64,000 nucleotides of DNA from an uncultured Solirubrobacterales bacterium (GTDB lineage: Bacteria > Actinomycetota > Thermoleophilia > Solirubrobacterales > 70-9). Below are positions 45,268-56,138 of the stretch, one piece after another. Location: positions 14,587 to 78,586 of the forward strand of contig CAWJWC010000004.1 of NCBI GenBank assembly GCA_963846515.1, in the 5' to 3' direction. The first letter of the stretch is position 1. Each line of letters starts with the position of its first letter. Position numbers and translations under genes: made by a program. Under the pieces are notes generated by a model. The model had not been told where the DNA came from. It did not search any database and was given only the letters and a program-made list of their open reading frames with translations.

Positions 45268-45726
45268 GTGAGCTCTGAGGCTGACCGGCTCCCCTATGTG
45301 GACGAGCACTCGCTGGTCATCGACGCCGGCCGCGAGGCGACCTGGGCGGCGCTGCTGCACGTGACCGAGGCGATGATGTCCGGCGCCGCAGCCCCCCGCT
45401 ACGCGCGCCTCGTCGGTTGCGCCGACACCGAGGCCTCTGGGCCGCGACCGCTGGCCGAGGGCTCGGCTTTTCCCGGGTTCCATGTCGCCGTCGCCGCGGC
45501 GCCCGACGAGTTCGCCCTGGCCGGCAGCCATCGCTTCTCCGACTACGCGCTGATCTTCCGGCTCGAGGCCTGCGATCGTGGGCGCACCCGCGTGCGGGCC
45601 GAGACCCGGGCCGGGTTTCCCGGCCTCAAGGGCGCCGTCTACAAGGGCTTGGTGATCGGCACGCGCATGCACGTACTCGCCACTCGCCGCGCGCTCGGCG
45701 GCGTCAAGCGTCGCGCCGAGCGCTGA
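45268..45726 (+). CDS. SRPBCC/START-like hypothetical protein
   Basis: GTG start. Length and pattern (HSLVIDAGREATWAAL...) resemble polyketide cyclase/SRPBCC-fold proteins. The product call is weak. Confidence 0.55.
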   Translation: MSSEADRLPYVDEHSLVIDAGREATWAALLHVTEAMMSGAAAPRYARLVGCADTEASGPRPLAEGSAFPGFHVAVAAAPDEFALAGSHRFSDYALIFRLEACDRGRTRVRAETRAGFPGLKGAVYKGLVIGTRMHVLATRRALGGVKRRAER

Positions 45727-45763
45727 GCGTGCGGTCTCTCGCGGGACCGGTGGAGATCGCGGC

Positions 45764-45973
45764 GTGAGCGAGCGCGTTCCCCGTCCCCCCGCCGGTCTCT
45801 GCGACAGCTGCCGGCACCAGCGGCGCATCCCCAACACCCGCGGCTCGGTCTTCTCGCTCTGCGAGCGCTCGCGCGAGGACCCGGCCTACCCGCGTTACCC
45901 GCGGATCCCGGTGCTCAGCTGCCCGGGTTTCGAGCCGGAATCGGGTCGGACGGATCGCGGGCCGCGCCGATAG
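45764..45973 (+). CDS. small Cys-rich protein (CxxC ... C ... C, 69 aa)
   Basis: CDSCRHQRRIPNTRGSVFSLCERSREDPAYPRYPRIPVLSCPGFE has a zinc-ribbon-like spacing. Its 3' end overlaps the convergent gene by 59 nt. Confidence 0.5.
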   Translation: MSERVPRPPAGLCDSCRHQRRIPNTRGSVFSLCERSREDPAYPRYPRIPVLSCPGFEPESGRTDRGPRR

Positions 45974-46826
45974 CGACTCCGATCAGGCCGAGCCCGAAGA
46001 CGACCGCGGCGAGGCCGACCACGAGGCCGAGCAGGGGGACCAGGGCGGCGACTCGGAGGATCGCCAGGCCGGCGAGGAAGGAGAGGACGCGGTGGCGCGG
46101 CGGCTTCAGGACGCGCCTGCCGATCGCGTAGGCCGAGACCGCGTACGCGACCGCGCCGAGCGGCAGCAGCGCCAGCCCGATGCCGAACGCCAGCGGCAGG
46201 CCGAAGAGGGTGATCGCAGCGAGCAGCGCGACCAGGGGCAGGACGACGACGATCGCGATGCCGATCGCGATCGTCGGCCCGACCCGCTCCCGCGAGCGCG
46301 CCTCGAGCGCGTCGGCGGCGCGTGGCGCGATCAGCAGCAGCAAAGCGCCGAGGACGAAGGTCGAGAAGCCGATCGCGAGCCAGAGGAGAAAGCCGCCGAC
46401 CCAGGGCACGAGGCCGCCGAGGTCGGGCCAGCTCTCGCGCTCGACATCTCCGTGGACGCGTGCGTCGAGGGACACCTGCGGACGCTCGTCGCCGTATTGG
46501 ACGTCCCCGGTCACTTCCGCGCGCGGCAGTAGGTGCGCCTGGCCGGCGGCGGTGAAGAGGCTGCCGTCGATCCGGCCGGAGACGAGGACGTCGCCGTCGA
46601 GCACGACCACGTCGCCCTCGACCCGGCCGGCGATGCGGGCGTGGCCGCTGGCGATGAAGACGCCATCGACCGTTTCGCCGCGCGGCACGACGACGTCGCC
46701 GACCGCGACCACCACGGCGTCGTCGCTGCCGCGGGCTCCGCCCACCGTCGCCGTAGCGGCGCTGGCGTTGGCGGCGAACGCCAACCCCATCAGCAGCGCC
46801 GCCAGGAACGGGAGGCTTCGGGACAC
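45915..46826 (-). CDS. membrane protein with N-terminal bactofilin-like (polymer-forming, GDV-repeat) domain
   Basis: Signal/anchor segment, repeated G(D/R)V..DVVVL.GDVLVSGRIDG beta-helix-type repeats, then about 5 TM segments. Confidence 0.65.
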   Translation of the reverse strand: MSRSLPFLAALLMGLAFAANASAATATVGGARGSDDAVVVAVGDVVVPRGETVDGVFIASGHARIAGRVEGDVVVLDGDVLVSGRIDGSLFTAAGQAHLLPRAEVTGDVQYGDERPQVSLDARVHGDVERESWPDLGGLVPWVGGFLLWLAIGFSTFVLGALLLLIAPRAADALEARSRERVGPTIAIGIAIVVVLPLVALLAAITLFGLPLAFGIGLALLPLGAVAYAVSAYAIGRRVLKPPRHRVLSFLAGLAILRVAALVPLLGLVVGLAAVVFGLGLIGVAIGAARDPSDPIPARNPGS

Positions 46827-46835
46827 GCCCGCAGC

Positions 46836-47249
46836 CTAAGGGACTTCGACCCGCCCTTCGCTCTCCGCCATCGGGTCGGGTTCGCCCAGCTTGCTGATGT
46901 CCGGCGGCTCGTAAAGCTTGCCCGGCACCCCGCCGAGGAGCAGGACGCGGATCCCCTCCGGCCCCGGCCAGATCTTCCGCTTCGCCTCCGGGGCGACCCG
47001 GGCGACGTGCGATTCGTCGAGCGGGAAGCGCTCGCCGTCGATCTCGATCTCGCCGCTGCCGCGCATCGCCAGGAAGACCTCCTCCTGGTCGTCATGCGTG
47101 TGGTCGTGCTCGGGGTAGCGGTCGAAGTTTGGCGGCAGGTCGAGGATCTGCATCCCGAACGACTCCACCCCGAGCTCGGCGCGGGCCCGCTTGAAGGCGC
47201 CGAGGTAGACGGCCTCCATCTCGTCGATGTTCTTCACGGTGCTGCTCAC
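46836..47249 (-). CDS. cupin domain protein
   Basis: GTG at 47249, 4 nt after AGGAGGAG. HDHTHDDQEEVFLAMRGSGEIEIDGERF is the cupin metal-binding motif 1 region. Confidence 0.75.
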   Translation of the reverse strand: MSSTVKNIDEMEAVYLGAFKRARAELGVESFGMQILDLPPNFDRYPEHDHTHDDQEEVFLAMRGSGEIEIDGERFPLDESHVARVAPEAKRKIWPGPEGIRVLLLGGVPGKLYEPPDISKLGEPDPMAESEGRVEVP

Positions 47250-47297
47250 TGGTCTCCTCCTGTCGACTGGCAGTTGCGTCGTCATCCTAAGCGATTT

Positions 47298-47313
47298 GCA
47301 CGAACGTTCGTGC
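47298..47313. promoter_or_regulatory. perfect 16-bp palindrome GCACGAACGTTCGTGC (candidate TetR operator)
   Basis: Direct reading. It lies 20 nt upstream of the TetR ATG (47333), in the 83-bp spacer shared with the divergent cupin gene. Confidence 0.55.
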
Positions 47314-47332
47314 TTTTTTGTAGCCTGCGGCT

Positions 47333-47929
47333 ATGGGCATGACCACCGAGAGCCCGCAGGCGACCGCCACCAAGGGGGCCCAAACCCGCGCCGCGATTCT
47401 CGAGCGCGCCATCGACCTCGCTTCGGCCGAGGGGCTGGAGGGGCTGACGATCGGCCGCCTCGCCGCCGAGCTGAAGATGAGCAAGAGCGGCCTCTTCGCC
47501 CATTTCGGCTCCAAGCAGGAGCTGCAGCTGGCGACGATCGAGGCCGCCGCCGAGCGCTTCCGCGCCGCGGTGATCGAGCCGGCGATGGCCGCCCCCGACG
47601 GCGCCCCGCGGCTGCGTGCGATGGGGGAGCGCTACCTCGACCACCTCGATCGCTACTCGGGCGGCTGCTTCTGGGCCGCGACCTCGGCCGAGTACGACGA
47701 CCGCCCCGGGCCGGTCCGCGACGCGATCGCCGCCGCCCTCGACGCCTGGATGGCGGAGCTCGAGCGCCAGGCCAAGATCGCCGGCGTCGAGCAGCCACAG
47801 CGCTTCGCCTTCGAGCTCTACGCCGTGGTGATGGGGGCCAACGCCCGCTACCGCCTCAGCGGCGACCCGAAGGTCTTCGAGTACGCCCGCGAAGCTCTCG
47901 CCCGGCTCGAGGCGGAGCTGCCGGAATGA
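47333..47929 (+). CDS. TetR/AcrR-family transcriptional regulator
   Basis: HTH TRAAILERAIDLASAEGLEGLTIGRLAAELKMSKSGLFAHFGSKQELQ. Confidence 0.9.
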   Translation: MGMTTESPQATATKGAQTRAAILERAIDLASAEGLEGLTIGRLAAELKMSKSGLFAHFGSKQELQLATIEAAAERFRAAVIEPAMAAPDGAPRLRAMGERYLDHLDRYSGGCFWAATSAEYDDRPGPVRDAIAAALDAWMAELERQAKIAGVEQPQRFAFELYAVVMGANARYRLSGDPKVFEYAREALARLEAELPE

Positions 47930-48345
47930 GCGACGCCGCCGCCTTCGTCGAGCGCTTCCGCGGTTACTGGCGGGCACCCTCGGTCGAGGGGCTGGAGGCG
48001 CTGCTGGCGCCGGACGTCCGGCTCGTCGCCCCGATGACCCCGACCACCCACACCCTGGCAGAGGGCAAGCGCGCCTTCGCCACGATCCTCGCCCTGACCC
48101 CGGACCTGACCGCGGAGGTCCAGCGCTGGGGCGCCACCGAGGACGGTATCCTGATCGAGTTCACGCTCTCCGGCAGCGTCGCCGGCGTTCCGGTCTCCTG
48201 GCCCGCGGTCGACCGCATCGTCCTCCGCGACGACGGCCTCGCCGCCGAGCGCGTCTCCTACTTCGACACCGCGCCGCTGGTCCTCACCGCGCTCCGCCAC
48301 CCCCGCACCTGGCCGACCTTCCTGCGCAGCCGCCTGCGCCCCTAG
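47926..48345 (+). CDS. SnoaL-like / NTF2-fold protein
   Basis: ATGA overlap with the TetR stop. 139 aa with an FVERFRGYW... pattern. Track ORF 47227..48345 is a shadow extension. Confidence 0.65.
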   Translation: MSDAAAFVERFRGYWRAPSVEGLEALLAPDVRLVAPMTPTTHTLAEGKRAFATILALTPDLTAEVQRWGATEDGILIEFTLSGSVAGVPVSWPAVDRIVLRDDGLAAERVSYFDTAPLVLTALRHPRTWPTFLRSRLRP

Positions 48346-48385
48346 GTTTTTGCCGTGGCTCGATTCGGTTACCGGCGGTGCTGAC

Positions 48386-49231
48386 ATGGATGTCGGCATC
48401 GCACTCCCCAACGCGGTCCCGGGCGCTACAGGGGATCAGCTGACCGAGTGGGCGCGGCGGGCGGAGGCACGCGGCTTCTCCAGCCTCGGCACGATCGACC
48501 GTGTCGCCTACGACAATTACGAGCCGCTGGTCGCGCTCGCGGCCGCGGCGGCCGTGACCGAGCGGATCGGCCTCTGTACCTCGGTCCTGTTGGCGCCGTT
48601 GCGCGACAACGCGGTCGCGTTGGCGAAGCAGGCACTCAGCCTCAACGCTCTCTCCGGCGGCCGCTTCACCCTCGGCCTTGGCCTCGGTGGCCGCGACGAC
48701 GACTACGAGCTGAGCGGGCTCGAGACCGAGGCGCGTGGCAAGCGCTTCGACGCGATGCTCGAACGGATGCGCGAGGTCTGGGATGGGGATCGGGTCGGTC
48801 CCGCGCTGGAGGGGCCGCCGCGCGTCGTCATCGGCGGCGGTGTCGACGCCTCCTTCGCTCGCGCCGCCCACTTCGGCGAGGGCTGGATCGCCGCCGGTTC
48901 CCCACCCGAGCAGTACGCGCCGATGGCCGCGAGGGCGAAAGCGGCGTGGTCGGAGGCCGGCCGCGAGGGCGAGCCACGCCTGATGGGCCTCGCCTACTTT
49001 TCCCTCGGCGACGATGCCAGGACGAAGGCCGAGGCCTACCTGGGCGACTACTACGCCTGGCTGGGCGAGGGCATCGCCTCCTACCTCGTCGCCAGCACCG
49101 CCAAGGACGCCGGCACCGCGCACCGCTACGTCTCCGAGTTCGCCGAGGCCGGCTGCGGCGAGCTGATTTTCTGTCCTTCCTCCAGCGACCCCGCCCAGGT
49201 CGACCTGCTCGCCGACGCCGTCGGTCTCTGA
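48386..49231 (+). CDS. LLM-class (luciferase-like) F420-dependent oxidoreductase
   Basis: MDVGIALPN...ARGFSSLGTIDRVAYDNYEPLVALAAAAAVTERIGLCTSVLLAPLR is typical of LLM-class proteins. Confidence 0.85.
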   Translation: MDVGIALPNAVPGATGDQLTEWARRAEARGFSSLGTIDRVAYDNYEPLVALAAAAAVTERIGLCTSVLLAPLRDNAVALAKQALSLNALSGGRFTLGLGLGGRDDDYELSGLETEARGKRFDAMLERMREVWDGDRVGPALEGPPRVVIGGGVDASFARAAHFGEGWIAAGSPPEQYAPMAARAKAAWSEAGREGEPRLMGLAYFSLGDDARTKAEAYLGDYYAWLGEGIASYLVASTAKDAGTAHRYVSEFAEAGCGELIFCPSSSDPAQVDLLADAVGL

Positions 49232-49263
49232 GCCGGCGCGCGGCACCGCCGTACACTCGCTGG

Positions 49264-50244
49264 GTGGACCGTCCGCTGCTCGACCGCACCCTCGCCGACG
49301 CCGGCGAGCCCGCCTACCGCGCCGGCCAGGTTTGGGAGTGGGTCGCACGAGGTGCGCGCTCCTACGAGCAGATGACCAACTTGCCGGCGGCGCTGCGCGA
49401 GCGGCTCGCCGCTGCGGTGCCGCTCTCGACTCTCTCGCTGCAGGCGGAGGCCAAGTCCGACGACGGCACCGTCAAGTCGCTCTTCCACACCGTCGACGGC
49501 CGCCCGATCGAGGCGGTGCTGATGCGCTACCGGGACGGTCGCCGCTCGGTCTGCCTCTCCTCGCAGTCGGGCTGTCCGCTGACCTGTACCTTCTGCGCGA
49601 CCGGGCAGATGAAGTTCGGCCGCAATCTCAGCGCCGACGAGATCCTCGACCAGGCGCTGCATTTCCGCCGCCTCGAGCCGATCGACCACGTCGTCTTCAT
49701 GGGCATGGGGGAGCCGACGATGAACATCGACGCCGTGCTCGCCGCCTGCGAGCGGCTGCCCGACCTCGGCGTCACCCACCGTCGCACCGCGATCTCGACG
49801 GTTGGCTGGGTGCCAGGGATCGACCGGATCGCCGAGTGCGAGCTGCCGCTCAGCCTGGCGCTCTCCCTGCACGCGCCAAACGACGGGCTGCGCTCGCAAC
49901 TGATGCCGGTCAATGACCGCTACCCGCTCGCCGAGGTGCTGGCCGCCTGCGACCGCTACCGAGCTCGGCGCCGGCGCAAGGTCTTCGTCGAGTACGTGAT
50001 GCTCGCCGAAGTCAACGACCTGCCCGAGCACGCCCGCGAATTGGCGCAGCTGCTCGACCCGCGTATCTACAAAGTCAACCTGATCCCCTACAACCCGACC
50101 GGCAGCTACGACGGCTCCTCGCCGGAGCGGATCGAGCGCTTCCGCGCGATCCTCGCCGAGCACCGGCTTACCGCCACCGTCCGCCTCACCCGCGGCCGCG
50201 ACATCGAGGCCGCCTGCGGCCAGTTGGCCGCCACCGCGGCATAA
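49264..50244 (+). CDS. rlmN: 23S rRNA/tRNA (adenine-C2)-methyltransferase RlmN (radical SAM)
   Basis: YRAGQVWEW..., radical-SAM cluster CLSSQSGCPLTCTFCATG, GMGEP, and SLHAPNDGLR. GTG at 49264 is the only plausible start after the upstream stop. Confidence 0.85.
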   Translation: MDRPLLDRTLADAGEPAYRAGQVWEWVARGARSYEQMTNLPAALRERLAAAVPLSTLSLQAEAKSDDGTVKSLFHTVDGRPIEAVLMRYRDGRRSVCLSSQSGCPLTCTFCATGQMKFGRNLSADEILDQALHFRRLEPIDHVVFMGMGEPTMNIDAVLAACERLPDLGVTHRRTAISTVGWVPGIDRIAECELPLSLALSLHAPNDGLRSQLMPVNDRYPLAEVLAACDRYRARRRRKVFVEYVMLAEVNDLPEHARELAQLLDPRIYKVNLIPYNPTGSYDGSSPERIERFRAILAEHRLTATVRLTRGRDIEAACGQLAATAA

Positions 50245-50262
50245 CTGGCTAGGCAGCCAGTT

Positions 50263-51714
50263 ATGATCGCCGCGATGGCAACCGTCGACACCGCGACCCC
50301 GGTCGCCAAGCCTCCTCAGATGTCCGCCAACCCGCTGCGGCGGGTGGTCGGGGACCTCGCCGTCGAGTGGCGCGAGCGCGGCAAGTACCCACCCGGCCCG
50401 CGCAGCTTCAGCCACACCAGGACCCTCGAAATCGCCCACGATCCACTGCCGTTGCTGCTCGGCGGCTACGAAAAGTACGGCCCGATCTACAGCATGCGCC
50501 TGCTCCACACGCAGGTCGTGATCATGCTCGGACCAGAGGCCAACCACTTCGTTACCGTCGGCCACCCCGAGAACTTCCACTGGCGCGATTCGAGCTTCGG
50601 CGACCTGATCCCGTTGCTCGGCGACGGCCTGCTGACCGTCGACGAGGACTACCACGACCGCGCCCGGGCGATCATGATGCCCGCTTTCCACCGCGAGCAG
50701 ATCGTCGCCTCGGTGGCGGCGATGACGCTCGAGTCGGAGACCGCGCTCGCCCAGCTCCGGGTCGGCGAGACCGTCGACATCTACGACTGGATGCGCAACT
50801 TGGCGATGCGGATCGCGATGCGTGCCCTGCTCGGGCTCGACCCCGACGAGGCCGGCAAGGGCGCCGCCGCTGCCGAGCACTTCGAGCGCGCGCTCGGCTA
50901 CTACGGGATCGATTTCCACCTGCGCCTGCTGCGCGGCCCGCGCTCGCCCTGGCGCAAGATGGTCTCCTCGCGGCGGGTGCTGGACGAAATCGTCTTCGCT
51001 GAGGTCGGCCGTCGCCGCGCCAACCCCGATCCGGCCCGCCAGGACATCCTCAGCCTCCTGGTCGGGGCCCGTGGCGAGGGCGGGGAGGCTTTCACCGACC
51101 GCGAGGTCCGCGACCAGGCGATGACCCTGATGTTCGCCGGCCATGACACCTCGACCTCGACCCTGACTTTCATGATGTACGAGCTGGCCCGCCACCCCGA
51201 GGTGGTCGCGAAGCTGCAGGAGGAGCAGGACCGTGTGCTCGGCGGGGCGACGCCGACGGTCGACCAGCTCGAACGCGAGATGCCCTACCTCGAGATGGTC
51301 CTCGACGAGGTCCTGCGCCTCTACCCGCCGGCCTGGGTCGGTCCCCGCCGCGCCGTGCGCGAGTTCGAGTTCGGCGGCTACACGGTGCCGCGCGGCGCCT
51401 ACGTCAACTACTGCTCCTGGGCCAGCCACCGCATCCCCGAGGTCTTCCCCGACCCGGAGGCCTTCATCCCCGAGCGCTTCACCCGCGAGCGCAAGGCGGC
51501 GCTCCCCAGGGGCTCCTACATCCCCTTCGGCGGCGGCTCGCGGATCTGCATCGGCAAGCGCTTCGGCCAGACCGAGGTGAAGCTGGTCGCGACGATGTTG
51601 CTGCAGCGCCTCCGTCTCGAGGCCCTCCCGGGTCGCACGATGACGATCCGCCAGATGCCGACCCTCTCGCCGCGCGGCGGCCTTGAGATGAAGGTCCGCG
51701 AGCGCGCCGCCTAG
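50263..51714 (+). CDS. cytochrome P450
   Basis: Heme-binding loop FGGGSRICIGKRFG, I-helix MFAGHDTSTS, and ExxR (EVLR). Confidence 0.9.
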   Translation: MIAAMATVDTATPVAKPPQMSANPLRRVVGDLAVEWRERGKYPPGPRSFSHTRTLEIAHDPLPLLLGGYEKYGPIYSMRLLHTQVVIMLGPEANHFVTVGHPENFHWRDSSFGDLIPLLGDGLLTVDEDYHDRARAIMMPAFHREQIVASVAAMTLESETALAQLRVGETVDIYDWMRNLAMRIAMRALLGLDPDEAGKGAAAAEHFERALGYYGIDFHLRLLRGPRSPWRKMVSSRRVLDEIVFAEVGRRRANPDPARQDILSLLVGARGEGGEAFTDREVRDQAMTLMFAGHDTSTSTLTFMMYELARHPEVVAKLQEEQDRVLGGATPTVDQLEREMPYLEMVLDEVLRLYPPAWVGPRRAVREFEFGGYTVPRGAYVNYCSWASHRIPEVFPDPEAFIPERFTRERKAALPRGSYIPFGGGSRICIGKRFGQTEVKLVATMLLQRLRLEALPGRTMTIRQMPTLSPRGGLEMKVRERAA

Positions 51715-51726
51715 ACTCGCGCGTCG

Positions 51727-52934
51727 ATGCGCGCGCTCGTCATCTCCGACACCCACTTCGGCGCCTGGACCGGGCGCGACCTGCTCGCCGAGGAGTTCGC
51801 TCTGGAGCGGCTGGCGCCGGCCCTGAAGGGCGTCGACGAGCTGATCTTCCTCGGCGATCTGTTCGATTTCCTCTTCGGCGCGGTCGAGGAGTGCGTCGAG
51901 GCCGCCGATGGCTTGCTGGGGCTGATCGCCGCGCAGATGCCCGGCAAGCGGCTCGTCTTTCTCGCCGGCAACCACGACCACCATCTCGTCCACCGCGACG
52001 AGGAGAACCGGCTCGAGGCACGACTGGCAGGCGGCGAGGAGCCTGCTGCCGCGCCCGGTCCCGGCTTCTTCCGCCGGTTCCTCGAGCGGCGGCTGCCCGG
52101 GATCGAGGTCGAGATCGCCTACCCGACCTACGAGTTCGGCGGCGTCCTCTTCACCCACGGCCACTACCTCGACCCGCACGCCCGCCTGACCGGCTCGCGC
52201 GGCGACCGGCTACTGACCCGGGCGCTGTGGGCGGTCGCTGCCGGCGGGCCGGAGCAGCCGCGCCGGATCGAGGACTACGAGTCGGTGACGACGCTGCTCA
52301 CCGAGTGGCTCTACATTGCCGCCCAGATGCCGCACGGCACCCACGCCCAGCAAAACGTCTTCCGCGCCGCCCAGCGCGCGGGGCGCTTCGCCTCTGTCCT
52401 GGGCGCACCGGTCAGGGGCGCTGAGCGGCTGGCGGCGAAGCTGCGCGATCGCGGTCTCGGCGATGGCTCCATGCCCTTGCCGAGCGAGGAGCACTTCGAT
52501 GCGATCGTCCGTGACGAGGCCGCGCGCCAGTCGCGCGAGCAGCCGCCGGCTGGGCCGTCGCTCTCGCAGCCGCTCTACCCGGAGCCGACCGTGATCTCGC
52601 GCAGCGATCCCTCCGAGCACCCCTGCGCGCCTTCGAACAGGTCGTCGACAACCTCGGCTGGGCGGAGGGGGCCGAGACGATCGTCTTCGCCCACACCCAC
52701 CAGCCCCTCGCCGACGTCCGCTGCCGCCGCGGCGGCAGCGTCCGCTACTGGAACACCGGCTCCTGGATCTACGAGCCCGACCTCAGCTCGCGCCAGGCCT
52801 ACGCTCGCTACCTCTGCTACGCCTGGCCCGGCACCTCCGTCCTGATCGACACTGACCAACCGCAGCCTCAGCTACTGGAGCTCCTCGCCGATCTGAATCC
52901 ACTAAACGGCGGCCCGGGTCTGCCAAGCGCCTGA
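51727..52934 (+). pseudogene. metallophosphoesterase gene interrupted by a 1-nt frameshift at a C4 run (52620-52623)
   Basis: The N-terminal frame has VISDTHFG, FLGDLFDF, LAGNHDH and THGHY. After ...RSDPSEHP the same frame becomes Ser/Pro/Ala/Thr-rich low-complexity nonsense to 52845. The next frame (open 52515-52934) reads LRAFEQVVDNLGWAEGAETIVFAHTHQPL...WNTGSW, the expected C-terminal motifs. Confidence 0.7.
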
Positions 52935-52986
52935 GTTCGCCCGTCCCTACTCAAGCCAGCCCTGAAGCAAGCACCATGTGGCGTGG

Positions 52987-53098
52987 GAGGGAGTGCGGGT
53001 AGGGATGGAACGTCTTGTACTTTTTCGGCGCGCCGAGTCTCGGACGGCCGGGATTCGATCTCGAAAAAGTTAAGTGGAATCCCTACCCGGACTCCCTC
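52987..53098. repeat. 112-nt extended imperfect hairpin between convergent genes
   Basis: Outer arms GAGGGAGTGCGGGTAGGGAT (52987-53006) and ATCCCTACCCGGACTCCCTC (53079-53098) give 19 of 20 bp. The inner stem is ACTTTTTCG (53019-27) with CGAAAAAGT (53062-70). Confidence 0.8.
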
Positions 53099-53111
53099 TT
53101 CACCCACACCG

Positions 53112-55256
<2,145 letters not shown>

Positions 55257-55464
55257 CGCTGGCTGGTCCTCACTTGGCGCGCGCCCGCTCCGAGGCGCGA
55301 TCGAATTACCGGGTCTCACTCCCTTTTAAAGAGCCAAAAGAGCCTAATGGGCGGGGGCAGATCGCGCCTTTGTACCGGCGTACAGTCTTTGCCGGCCGCG
55401 GGTTATCCCCCGTGTCGGGCACAAAATGCCTGGAGTGGGCGGAAAACCCGTTGAGGTGCTGCGC

Positions 55465-55995
55465 TCAGGCGAGCGGTTCGGCGCTGAACAGGCCGAGCGG
55501 GTGGCGGAGGCGGAAACCGCGAGTCTCGCGCATCTGTTCGGACCAGCCGGGGCCGCTGCGATCGCCGTCTTCGGCGTAGGAGGTGTCCCAGCGCAGGCCG
55601 GCGATCACCGCGAAGACGTGCTCGCGGTTGGCGTAGATCCGCACCCAGCTTCCCGCTCCGCCGCTGCCCCAGCGCATAAACCCGGTCGAGTCGAGGGGCG
55701 ATTCGAGCAGCCCGGCGGCGTGCAGCACGTAGCTGACCGAGCCGGAGCAGTCGTAGCCGCGGGCGTTCCAGCTGCGGTGTCCGCCGCCCCAGTGGTAGGG
55801 CCGGTGACGGATCCGGTTCGCCGCTTCGATCATCGACTTGACCGAGGGCGGGGCCGAAGGCGGAGCGACCGCCCGCCCACCCGGCGTTAGCGTCGCCTCC
55901 GGTACCTGCGAGCTCGCCGGCGCCGCCGCGACGCCGAGCCCGGTGCCGAGGGCGAGCGCGATGGCCAGCGTTGCGATCCAGCTTCCCCTGCGCAT
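55465..55995 (-). CDS. secreted NlpC/P60 (C40)-like protein
   Basis: Signal peptide. PYHWGGGH...GYDCSGSVSYVLHAAGL (catalytic Cys context) and a downstream His (EHVFAVI). Confidence 0.7.
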   Translation of the reverse strand: MRRGSWIATLAIALALGTGLGVAAAPASSQVPEATLTPGGRAVAPPSAPPSVKSMIEAANRIRHRPYHWGGGHRSWNARGYDCSGSVSYVLHAAGLLESPLDSTGFMRWGSGGAGSWVRIYANREHVFAVIAGLRWDTSYAEDGDRSGPGWSEQMRETRGFRLRHPLGLFSAEPLA

Positions 55996-56138
55996 GAAAG
56001 GCGTTTATCGGCAGCTCGGTTGCCGGGCTTGAGGTCCCCCGCATGGACCAAGAACGGCTCGCCGGGCGCGACCGGATAGCCTCCGCGGCCGCGGCGCTCG
56101 CCGCACTGCCAAGCCCAAAACCGGGAGGATTCACCGCA

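Noticed and set aside
55371-55384. Regulatory signals in the about 200-nt glnN leader region (glutamine riboswitch, GlnR boxes). Only a weak TGTAC-CGGC-GTACA inverted repeat was found.
   Set aside because: A 5-bp arm is too weak to call, and no glnA-RNA-like E-loop/pseudoknot pattern was seen.
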